Positions 1 to 8,117 of a stretch of 60,246 nt of DNA are shown piece after piece. Every line of letters begins with the position of its first letter. Within the stretch, counting starts at the first letter, position 1. A program made the translations under genes and the position numbers. Origin of the DNA: an uncultured Candidatus Kuenenia sp. (GTDB taxonomy: Bacteria > Planctomycetota > Planctomycetia > Pirellulales > UBA1268). Location of the stretch: NCBI GenBank assembly GCA_964453165.1, contig CAYVNX010000006.1, positions 1 through 60,246 on the forward strand, written 5' to 3'. The notes beneath the pieces were generated by a model. It made no database searches, was not told the DNA's origin, and saw only the letters and a program-made list of their open reading frames with translations.

Positions 1-1376
1 CCCACGAGGCTGATCGCCCACTGGGCGATCAGGATGAAGGCGAGGCCGGCCACGCCGATCACCGTTTCGAGCACGGTCCAGGTGCGGAGCGACTCGGCCG
101 TGGAGAGGCCGAGAAAGCGGGTCACGATCCAGAAGCCGGAGTCGTTGACGTGGGAGGCGATCGTCGCCCCGGCGGCGATTGCGAGGGTGACGAGCGCCGC
201 GAACGGCTCGGGCTGTCCGGCCGACTCGATGAGCGGCGCCACGAGCCCGGCCGCCGTGATCATCGCCACCGTCGCCGAGCCTTGGAGCACCCGGATCACC
301 GCGGCCACCAGCCAGGCGACCACGATCGTCGAAAGCGGAAGTTCCGCCAGCGAGGCGGCGACCACCTTGCCCACGCCCGAATCGACGAGCACCTGCTTGA
401 AGACGCCGCCCGCTCCCGTGACGAGCAGGATCACGCCCGCCGGCTCGAGAGCCCGCTCAGCGATCTGTTGGATTCGGCCGGCCGGCATGCCGAGCCGGAG
501 GCCGAGGCAATAGAAGCTGGCGAGCGTTGCGATCAGAAGCGCCGTGAAGGGATGGCCGACGAGCGGCAGCCAGCGGGCCAGGGGTGACTCCGCGCCCAGC
601 GCCGCCCGGGCGACCGTGTCGCCCACGATCAGGAGAATCGGTAGGAGCAAGAGTCCGAGGACCAGGCCCACGCCTGGCTCGCGGAGTTGCGGCTGGATCA
701 CCAGCGAACCCGGAGCGTCCGCATGGCGGTCGTTCGGCTTGGTCAGGGGAGGGTTGCCCGCCGCAAGCGGCACGAGGAACCGTCGCGAGAACCAGGCGGC
801 TACCGCCAGCGTGGGCAGGCCGGTGAGGATGCCCAGCGCGATCACCTGGCCGAGGTCGGCCGAGAGCAGCTGCGCGACCGCGGTCGGGCCGGGCGTGGGC
901 GGCACGAAGGCATGGGTGACCGCCATCCCCGCGAGCATCGGAAAGGCGTAGGCGGTGACGGGCTGGCCGGTTCGGCGGGCCGCAGCCACCGCCAGCGGCA
1001 GGAGCATCACGATGCCCACGTCGAGAAAGACGGGGATGCAGACCAGGAAGCCGACGACGCCCAGCGCCAGGCCCGTGTGGGCTTCGCCGCAGACCTTCAC
1101 CAGTGCCGCGGCGAGTCGCTCCGCGCCCCCCGACTCTTCGAGCATCATCCCGAACATCGAGCCGAGGCCCACGACGACGGCGACGAAGCCGAGCGTGTTG
1201 CCCATCCCGGAGGTCACCGCGGCGATCACGTCGGCCGGCGCCATCCCGGCGGCGAGCCCGGTGCCGATCGCCGCGGTCAAGAGGGCCACGAACGGATGGA
1301 TTCGCAGCCAGGTCACGGCCACGATCACGGCCGCCACGCCGCCCAGCGCCACCAGCGCGAGATACCCGTTGCCCAT
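1..1376 (-). CDS. GntP-family gluconate/sugar-acid:H+ permease (3' end runs off window)
   Basis: Read manually on minus strand (absent from ORF track because no stop in window): MGNGYLALVALGG...WLRIHPFVALL...GLGSMFGMMLEESGGAERLA...IPVFLDVGIVML...HAFVPPTPGP...VNDSGFWIVTRFLG; these are GntP signature segments. Confidence 0.9.
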   Translation of the reverse strand, partial: MGNGYLALVALGGVAAVIVAVTWLRIHPFVALLTAAIGTGLAAGMAPADVIAAVTSGMGNTLGFVAVVVGLGSMFGMMLEESGGAERLAAALVKVCGEAHTGLALGVVGFLVCIPVFLDVGIVMLLPLAVAAARRTGQPVTAYAFPMLAGMAVTHAFVPPTPGPTAVAQLLSADLGQVIALGILTGLPTLAVAAWFSRRFLVPLAAGNPPLTKPNDRHADAPGSLVIQPQLREPGVGLVLGLLLLPILLIVGDTVARAALGAESPLARWLPLVGHPFTALLIATLASFYCLGLRLGMPAGRIQQIAERALEPAGVILLVTGAGGVFKQVLVDSGVGKVVAASLAELPLSTIVVAWLVAAVIRVLQGSATVAMITAAGLVAPLIESAGQPEPFAALVTLAIAAGATIASHVNDSGFWIVTRFLGLSTAESLRTWTVLETVIGVAGLAFILIAQWAISLV

Positions 1377-1399
1377 CCTGCGTCCCTTGTTCCTTGGCG

Positions 1400-1405
1400 T
1401 ATGCT
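1400..1405 (+). promoter_or_regulatory. Putative -10 element (TATGCT) 7 nt before the ATG at 1413; possible leaderless transcript
   Basis: TANNNT hexamer in the 36-bp divergent gap; no clear SD before the ATG. Confidence 0.4.
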
Positions 1406-1412
1406 ACTCGGA

Positions 1413-2474
1413 ATGCAGGCGTTGCTTCTCACGGCTCCGGGTGTGCTCGAACTCGTCGATCTGCCGCGGCCCGATCCCGGGCCGGGCGAGGTGCGGATCC
1501 GCGTCGCCGCCTGCGGCATCTGCGGCAGCGATGTCCACGGTTACACCGGTGAGACCGGCCGCCGGATTCCGCCCTTGGTGTTGGGGCACGAGGCGGCCGG
1601 CACGGTCGAGGCCGTGGGGGCCGGCGTCACCGACCTCGGGCCCGGCGAACGGGTGGCTCTCGACTCGACCGTGTTCTGCGGCCACTGCGAGTTCTGCCGG
1701 ACGGGTCGGGAGAACCTCTGTGGTAGCCGCGAGGTGCTCGGCGTCTCCTGCGGCACGTATCGGCGGCATGGCTGCTTTGCCGAGTCTGTCGTGGTGCCGC
1801 GGCGGGGCGTGTACCGACTGCCCGATCAACTCGATTTCGTATCGGCCGCCCTGCTCGAGCCGCTCACGATCGCCCTGCACGCCGCCGGCCTGGGCGGGGC
1901 CGGCCCCGACACCCGGTCGGCTGTCGTCGTCGGCTGCGGCATGATTGGCCTGGCGTCGATCGCGGCCTTGCGGGCTCGGGGTGTGCCGCGGATTGCGGCG
2001 ATCGACGTCGATCCGGCGCGGCTGGCGACCGCCGCGCGGCAGGGGGCGACCGAGACGTTTGCTGCGACGGAAGGAGGAGACGATCGGAGTGCGGGCCAGC
2101 GGGCGGCCGCATGGGCGGCAGCGGCATCGGCCAACGCCGACGGTGCCGATCTCGTGATCGAGGCGGTCGGCACGACGGCGTCGGTCCAGACGGCGATCGC
2201 GGCCGCCTGCCGCGGCGGCCGCGTCGTGCTCGTGGGCAACGTCTCGCCTCGGATCGAGCTGCCGCTCCAGCAGGTGGTGACGCGACAGATCGCGATTCAG
2301 GGCTCGTGCGCTTCGGCCGGCTGCTATCCCGAGGCGATTCGCCTGGCGGCGACCGGCGTGGTCAACCTCTCGGGCTTTGGCAGCCGCGTCGCGCCGTTGG
2401 CCGAGGGGCCCGAGTGGTTTGAGCGGCTGCGGCGCCGCGAGCCGGGGCTTGTCAAGGTCGTGCTCGAACCCTGA
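1413..2474 (+). CDS. Zn-dependent medium-chain dehydrogenase (L-idonate/galactitol-1-P/sorbitol dehydrogenase-like)
   Basis: GICGSD, GHE, structural Zn motif CGHCEFC...C, GCGMIG Rossmann motif; likely start MQALLL within ORF 687..2474. Confidence 0.9.
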   Translation: MQALLLTAPGVLELVDLPRPDPGPGEVRIRVAACGICGSDVHGYTGETGRRIPPLVLGHEAAGTVEAVGAGVTDLGPGERVALDSTVFCGHCEFCRTGRENLCGSREVLGVSCGTYRRHGCFAESVVVPRRGVYRLPDQLDFVSAALLEPLTIALHAAGLGGAGPDTRSAVVVGCGMIGLASIAALRARGVPRIAAIDVDPARLATAARQGATETFAATEGGDDRSAGQRAAAWAAAASANADGADLVIEAVGTTASVQTAIAAACRGGRVVLVGNVSPRIELPLQQVVTRQIAIQGSCASAGCYPEAIRLAATGVVNLSGFGSRVAPLAEGPEWFERLRRREPGLVKVVLEP

Positions 2475-2514
2475 CGCCCGTGGCCCCGTTTCACTTCTGG
2501 ATCTGAGGAACCCG

Positions 2515-3312
2515 ATGTCTCAGCCTGCTGATTCGCTCTTCGATCTCACCGGCCGCACCGCGCTCGTCACGGGCGCCAGCCGCGGGCTCGGCCGTCAGAT
2601 GGCCCTCGCGCTGGCCCGGGCGGGCGCCGATCTGGTGGTGACGGCCCGAGCCGTCGGGTCGCTGGCCGACACCGTCGCCGAACTGGAAGCCCTCGGCCGG
2701 CGGCCCGTGGCCGTGCCGCTCGACCTGCGGGACGAAGCCAGCATCCGAGCCGCCGCGGCGGCGGCGATCGCCGCCAAGGGCCCCCCGGACATCCTCGTCA
2801 ACAACGCCGGCTGCAACGTCCGCAAGCCCGCGCTCGAAGTCACCTGGGACGACTGGAACACCGTCCTCGACACGAACCTCCGCGGCACCTTCTTCATGGC
2901 CCAAGCGATCGCCCGCGGCATGGTCGCCCGCGGCTCGGGCCGGATCATCAACATCGGCAGCGTGACGAGCGTGTTCGGCTACGCGGGCCTGGCTCCCTAC
3001 ACTGCCAGCCGCGGCGGCGTGAAGCAGTTGACGATGAGCCTGGCCGACGAATTCGGTCCGCACGGGATCACGGTCAATTGCCTCGCGCCCGGCTGGTTTC
3101 GCACGGCGCAGAACGACGTGCTCTATCGAGACGAGGAGTGGCTCGCGTATCTCGTCGATCGGATTCCGCTTCGGCGGCCGGGCATCCCGGCGGATCTCGA
3201 CGGCGCGGTCGTGTTCCTGGCCTCCGAGGCCAGCCGCTACATCACCGGCCAGACCCTGCTCGTGGACGGCGGGATCACCACCGGCGCCACCCGAGCCCTG
3301 CCGCGGGCGTGA
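2515..3312 (+). CDS. SDR oxidoreductase, gluconate 5-dehydrogenase/KduD-like
   Basis: TGASRGLG, NNAG, YTASR (YxxxK position carries R), NCLAPGWFRT, ITGQTLLVDGG; next to GntP. Confidence 0.85.
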   Translation: MSQPADSLFDLTGRTALVTGASRGLGRQMALALARAGADLVVTARAVGSLADTVAELEALGRRPVAVPLDLRDEASIRAAAAAAIAAKGPPDILVNNAGCNVRKPALEVTWDDWNTVLDTNLRGTFFMAQAIARGMVARGSGRIINIGSVTSVFGYAGLAPYTASRGGVKQLTMSLADEFGPHGITVNCLAPGWFRTAQNDVLYRDEEWLAYLVDRIPLRRPGIPADLDGAVVFLASEASRYITGQTLLVDGGITTGATRALPRA

Positions 3313-3450
3313 AGCGGCTCGAGGAAAGCCGGAAGCGTGATCTGGGGGATTCTCCCCATGGTCGCCACGGTCGCGGTCACGGGGTCTCCCTCGCGACGCC
3401 GGCCACAGCGCAGATCGCCAGCGGGCGTGCTCAGGGCGCGATCGGGCGGC

Positions 3451-3672
3451 TCAAGGGCGATCGACACCGCCGTCGAGTTCGGCCGGCCACGTCGAAAGGT
3501 CGTCCGGCGTGTCGAAGGCGCGGTGCAAGGCGGTCAACTCGGCCTCGCGACGGTCGCGAGGCAACCGGGCCCAGGCAGCCGCCTCTTCGCCCATCGTCCG
3601 TGCCAGCAGTTCGTAATACCACTCGGGGTATTCGGCCGGAGGAGCCTCGTTGTGATGGGGTGCATCGCTCAT
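3451..3672 (-). CDS. Small acidic hypothetical protein (73 aa), translationally coupled to the upstream gene
   Basis: ATGA overlap with the stop of 3669..4613. Confidence 0.5.
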   Translation of the reverse strand: MSDAPHHNEAPPAEYPEWYYELLARTMGEEAAAWARLPRDRREAELTALHRAFDTPDDLSTWPAELDGGVDRP

Positions 3673-4613
3673 GGCAGCATCTCCTCGATGGGCGGCGCGA
3701 GGGTCGCGATCTCGCTCGGCTCCAGATTCGCAAGCACTGCGGCGCGGGCCAGGCCGGCTTCATACACGGCAACACGGGCGGGCGCTGTGAGCGGTGCTGG
3801 AGGAAGCTCATGCCTGCGGGCGGCTTCCACCACGAATGCGTGCTGGTCGGCAAATGGCATCGATCTCGGCCACGGGCAATCCTCGGCCTGCTGCCACCGG
3901 CGATAAAATGCCTTCCAGGCAGTCTGGTAGAGGCCGTAGCGGCCGCGGTTGACCGATTCCCAAACGATGCGTTCCGCCCGCACGAGAAACTCGAGGCGGT
4001 CGTTATCGGCAGTCCGGTCGATGGCCGCAAGCAGCGGTCTAGCAGCGCACGCTGGTTCACGCGCGGCGAATGGTAGGGTGGCCCAAGCCCTCCGCAGCGG
4101 CTCAACGGCCTGGAGGTGGAGCACCGCCTGGGACTCGTTGCGGGCAAAAGACTGCGATGCAAGGCCACCGACGATCGGCCAGTCTCTGTCCCGGTCGGTT
4201 TTTTTCATTCGCGCTACGGTATCCCGGTCGGCGAAGTCGGGATCAGCAGCGTCCGCGGTCCAGTGTTTCACACGCGGCGGGCGACCGAAGAAATCGACGT
4301 GATGGTCAGGTCCGCCCCCCTCCGTACGGACCGATAGATGTGACGTCCAGCCTCCCGCGAACCACTCGGCTTCGAGCGGGGCCCCGAAAATAGAGCGGTA
4401 TCGGACCACCCATGGAGGTAGCGAGGCTTCATGGCGAATGAACAGGCTCCGGACTCCCTCCGCCTGATCCGGAGGCACAATCCAATCCGAGTCCTTGGTG
4501 GTTTGCTGCAGTCCGTAGTGAACGCACGCCATCCCGCTCGTGATCGCGAAGCGAATGCCCGACGCCCGCAGATCGATCCGCAAGGTGTTCAGGAAGTCGA
4601 GCGGTGTCTGCAT
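3669..4613 (-). CDS. Putative nucleotidyltransferase (Pol-beta-like fold; AbiEii/DUF6036-like)
   Basis: FAITSGMACVHYGLQQTTKDSDWIV resembles GGxA..YG..RxTxDxD; later VDFF and MKKTDRDRD. Confidence 0.55.
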   Translation of the reverse strand: MQTPLDFLNTLRIDLRASGIRFAITSGMACVHYGLQQTTKDSDWIVPPDQAEGVRSLFIRHEASLPPWVVRYRSIFGAPLEAEWFAGGWTSHLSVRTEGGGPDHHVDFFGRPPRVKHWTADAADPDFADRDTVARMKKTDRDRDWPIVGGLASQSFARNESQAVLHLQAVEPLRRAWATLPFAAREPACAARPLLAAIDRTADNDRLEFLVRAERIVWESVNRGRYGLYQTAWKAFYRRWQQAEDCPWPRSMPFADQHAFVVEAARRHELPPAPLTAPARVAVYEAGLARAAVLANLEPSEIATLAPPIEEMLP

Positions 4614-4737
4614 GAAAACCTCGATCCCGGCGTTCTCGGCCGGCACGCCGTCGAGACTCCGCGCATCCCAATAGGATAGCCCGATCAGCGGCACTTTCAC
4701 CACCTGCGGCACCCGAGGCCTGCCGCGGGTTGCAGGG

Positions 4738-4743
4738 TAGAAT
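4738..4743 (+). promoter_or_regulatory. Putative -10 element (TAGAAT) for the DUF1592/DUF1552 operon
   Basis: Near-consensus hexamer 8 nt before in-frame GTG at 4752. Confidence 0.4.
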
Positions 4744-4772
4744 GCGGGTTCGTGAGAGGAGCGCGGATCGTG

Positions 4773-6716
4773 ATGCAGCGCGGACGAATCCTGGTCGGTG
4801 TTCTTCTGGCGGCGTCGGGGCCGACGGCCGTCGCGGCCGACGAGGATGCTGCCGAGATCGCCCGTTGGCAGGAGACCTTCGCCGACAAGGTGCGGCCGCT
4901 GTTCGAGGCGAAGTGCCTGGCGTGTCATTCGGGTGCGGAGTCGGAGGGCGACTTCGATCTGGCGGCGGTGATGGCGGTCGAGCAGCCGGCCGAGCAGGGC
5001 ATGACCTGGGATCGGGTGGCGGCCCGGGTGCGGCTCAACGAGATGCCGCCTCCCGGCAGCCCCGGGCTCTCCGATCCGGAGAAGGGCCTACTCCACCGCT
5101 GGCTCGATGGCCGGCCGGGCCGCAATCTCTGCGAAGAGCTCGCCAGCGACGAGACTCAGAGCTGGTATCGCGGCCAGGTGATGAGCCGGCGGCTGACCCA
5201 CGCCGAATACGAGGGCATGATCGCCGCGCTCGTCGGGGTCGACCTCGATCCGGCCCGGAATCTGCCGCCGGATGGCGCTGGCGGCGAGGGGTTCGACACC
5301 ACCGGCGACACGCTGTTTCTCTCACCGATTCACCTGGAGCGGTATCTCGCCGCCGCCGACGATGTCGTGGAGACGGTGCTGGCCGACGCGATGCCACCGG
5401 CCGATGCACCCGAGCGGGCGGGTTGGGAGCGGTGGGTGGGCGTGGGCTTCGAACCGACCGCGGCGAACGTCCGCGACCGGCTCGCGAGCTTCGCCACGGC
5501 CGCCTGGCGACGGCGGGTGACCGACGAGGAACTCGATCGGCTCGTAGCCCTCGCCGAGGAGACGGCCGCGCTCCCTGAGGCTCGGCCGCTCGACGGTCTG
5601 CGGCAGGCCTGCAAGGCGGTGCTCGTCTCGCCGAACTTTCTCTACCTCGTGGAGACCGTCCAGGCCGGGGGCGTCGAACCGCTCGCGCCGCGGCAGCTCG
5701 CCACGCGGCTGGCGGTGTTTCTCTGGGCGTCACTGCCCGACGACGAACTCCTGCGGCTGGCGGACGAGGGCCGGCTCACCGACGACGACGTGCTCAGGGA
5801 GCAGGTGCGGCGGATGCTCCGCGACCCGCGGAGCCGAAGCCTGGCCGAGGCGTTCGGCCTGCAATGGCTCGAGCTCGGCGGCTTCGCCCAGCGGGTGGCG
5901 GCCGACCGGAGCCTGTTTCCCGAAGTCGACGACCCGCTCGTTTCCGACTTTCGCGAGGAGACGATCCGCGTCGTGCACCGAGTGTTCGCCACCGATGCGA
6001 GCCTCCTCGAATTGATCGCGGCCGATGTGACCCCGCTCAACGCCCGGCTGGCCGTCCACTATGGCCTGCCTGAGCCGGAGCAGGTGGGAGCCGACGGCTG
6101 GGGCGTGGTCCCGCTCGCCGACGGCCGCCGTGGCGGCGTGCTGACGACGGCGGCGGTGCTTGCGACCACGTCGTATCCCCGCCGGACGAGTCCGGTGCTC
6201 CGCGGCCAATGGGTACTCGGTCAGTTGCTCGGCGGGCGGGTGCCGCCGCCACCGCCGGGCGTGCCGCCGCTGCCGGAGCCCCACGAGGGCGAGGAAAACC
6301 AAACGCTCCGGCAGCGGCTCGAGGCGCACCGCTCGAATCCGTCCTGCGCGACCTGCCATGACCGGATGGATCCGCTCGGCTTCGGCCTCGAAAACTACGA
6401 CCCGCTCGGCCGCTGGCGGACCACCGACGCCGGCCAGCCGATCGACGCCTCGGGCACGCTCCCCTCGGGCGCGAGCTTTGCCGGCCCGGAGGAGCTCAAG
6501 GCCCGGTTGCTGGATCGTCGCGAGGAGTTCATACGGCACGTTTCCCGCAAGCTGCTCGGCTTCGCGCTCGGCCGCCAGCTCGACGAATTCGACCAGTGCG
6601 TGGTGAAGCGGACGGCCGAGCGACTGGCCGCTGCCGACTACCGGGCCGGCCTGCTCGTCGAGGAAATCGTGCTCAGCCACCCCTTCCGGCACCGATACCA
6701 TAAAATGGAAGACTGA
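4773..6716 (+). CDS. Planctomycete cytochrome c protein with DUF1587/DUF1595/DUF1592/DUF1588/DUF1585 domains
   Basis: Signal peptide, CLACH and CATCH heme motifs, RRLTHAEY, SPNFLY, LWASLPDDELL, TSPVLRGQW, MDPLGFGLENYD. Confidence 0.9.
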   Translation: MQRGRILVGVLLAASGPTAVAADEDAAEIARWQETFADKVRPLFEAKCLACHSGAESEGDFDLAAVMAVEQPAEQGMTWDRVAARVRLNEMPPPGSPGLSDPEKGLLHRWLDGRPGRNLCEELASDETQSWYRGQVMSRRLTHAEYEGMIAALVGVDLDPARNLPPDGAGGEGFDTTGDTLFLSPIHLERYLAAADDVVETVLADAMPPADAPERAGWERWVGVGFEPTAANVRDRLASFATAAWRRRVTDEELDRLVALAEETAALPEARPLDGLRQACKAVLVSPNFLYLVETVQAGGVEPLAPRQLATRLAVFLWASLPDDELLRLADEGRLTDDDVLREQVRRMLRDPRSRSLAEAFGLQWLELGGFAQRVAADRSLFPEVDDPLVSDFREETIRVVHRVFATDASLLELIAADVTPLNARLAVHYGLPEPEQVGADGWGVVPLADGRRGGVLTTAAVLATTSYPRRTSPVLRGQWVLGQLLGGRVPPPPPGVPPLPEPHEGEENQTLRQRLEAHRSNPSCATCHDRMDPLGFGLENYDPLGRWRTTDAGQPIDASGTLPSGASFAGPEELKARLLDRREEFIRHVSRKLLGFALGRQLDEFDQCVVKRTAERLAAADYRAGLLVEEIVLSHPFRHRYHKMED

Positions 6717-6753
6717 GCCGGGGCTGGCTGGCCCCCAGCGGAGGTTCACGAGC

Positions 6754-8112
6754 ATGCGATTCCGATCACCCGCCCCAGGCATCGAGCTCTCCCGCCGCCG
6801 GTTTCTCCGGGGGACGGGCCTCGCGCTCGCGCTGCCGTTCATGGCCTCCTGGCCGGGCAGGGCGGCGGCGGCGATCGGCGGGGCCGCGCCGCGGCGGTGC
6901 GCCTTCCTCTACTTTCCCAACGGCGCCTCCATGAAGGATTGGGTGCCCGAGGCGACCGGTTCCGACTTCGCATTGCCCTACTCGCTCGAACCGCTTGCAG
7001 CCGTCCGCGAGCAGGTGCTCGTGATCTCCGGCCTCGACAAGCCGAACTCACGGCAGGGCGACGGCCACTATGCGAAGACGGCGAATTTCCTGACCGGGAT
7101 GCCGGTGGCGAAGACGACCGGGGCCGAGCTGTCGAGCGGCGGGGTCTCGGTGGATCAGCTGATCGCCCGGTCGCTGGCGGGCCAGACGCCGCTGCCGTCG
7201 CTCGAACTGAGCACCGAGCCGATCGTGTCGGGGGTCGATAGCAACGTCGGCTTCACGCGGATCTACGGCGGCCACATCTCCTGGGAGTCGGCCGCCCGGC
7301 CGCTCACCCGCGAACTCGATCCGCGGATGGTCTGGGAGCGGCTGTTCGGCGGCAGCGTCTCGCTCGATGCCCGCGGCCGCCAGCTGCGGGGCAACCTGCT
7401 CGATCACGTGCTCGCCGATGCCCGCGACGTCCGACGGAAGCTCTCCCGCGACGACCGGCCGAAGTTCGACGAATTCCTCGATTCGGTCCGGGCCGTGGAG
7501 CAGCGGCTCGACCACGCCGCCCAGGATGACCGTCCACCGCCCGATCCGGCGGCGCTGGGCGTGACGCCTCCGGCCGGCATTCCCCGCGAGCCCTGCGACC
7601 ACGTCGGGCTGATGCTCGACATGCTCGTGCTCGCCTTCCGCACCGACTCGACGCGGGTGGCCTCGTTCATGTTCGCCAACGACGTGTCGGGGCGAAACTT
7701 CTCATTCCTCGACGGCGTCCAGGGTGGCCATCACGAGATGTCGCACCATGAGGGCAAGCCCGAGAAGCTGGAGCAATACCGGCGGATCACCCGCTGGCAT
7801 GTCGAGCAGTTCGCCGGGTTCGTCGCGCGATTGGCCGCGATTCCCGAGGGGGAGGGCACGCTCCTCGACTCGACGATGCTGCTCTGCGGCTCGAGCATGT
7901 CCGACGGCAACTCCCACAGCCCCGACAATCTGCCGATCCTCGTGGCCGGCGGTGGTGGCGGCACGCTGGCCGGCGGCCGGCATCTCGCCTTCGAGGGCGA
8001 CCGGCCGCTCTGCGACCTGCACCTCGCGCTGGCCCGGCGGATGGGCCTGGCGATCGACTCCTTCGGCGACAGCACCGGCCCGCTGCCGGGTCTCGGCCCC
8101 GACGATGCCTGA
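6754..8112 (+). CDS. DUF1552 family protein (Tat-exported)
   Basis: LSRRRFLRGTG..LALP Tat leader, YFPNG, SVDQ, TDSTRVA, HHEMSHH, GTLLD; usual partner of DUF1592 proteins. Confidence 0.9.
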   Translation: MRFRSPAPGIELSRRRFLRGTGLALALPFMASWPGRAAAAIGGAAPRRCAFLYFPNGASMKDWVPEATGSDFALPYSLEPLAAVREQVLVISGLDKPNSRQGDGHYAKTANFLTGMPVAKTTGAELSSGGVSVDQLIARSLAGQTPLPSLELSTEPIVSGVDSNVGFTRIYGGHISWESAARPLTRELDPRMVWERLFGGSVSLDARGRQLRGNLLDHVLADARDVRRKLSRDDRPKFDEFLDSVRAVEQRLDHAAQDDRPPPDPAALGVTPPAGIPREPCDHVGLMLDMLVLAFRTDSTRVASFMFANDVSGRNFSFLDGVQGGHHEMSHHEGKPEKLEQYRRITRWHVEQFAGFVARLAAIPEGEGTLLDSTMLLCGSSMSDGNSHSPDNLPILVAGGGGGTLAGGRHLAFEGDRPLCDLHLALARRMGLAIDSFGDSTGPLPGLGPDDA

Positions 8113-8117
8113 AGGTT

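Noticed and set aside
10-32. Perfect 11-bp inverted repeat CTGATCGCCCA-C-TGGGCGATCAG
   Set aside because: Lies inside the permease coding sequence, single copy, 1-nt loop; probably chance.
687-1412. Long N-terminal extension of the Zn-dehydrogenase ORF (595 aa in the track)
   Set aside because: It is the antisense shadow of the GntP permease; the recognisable protein starts at 1413.
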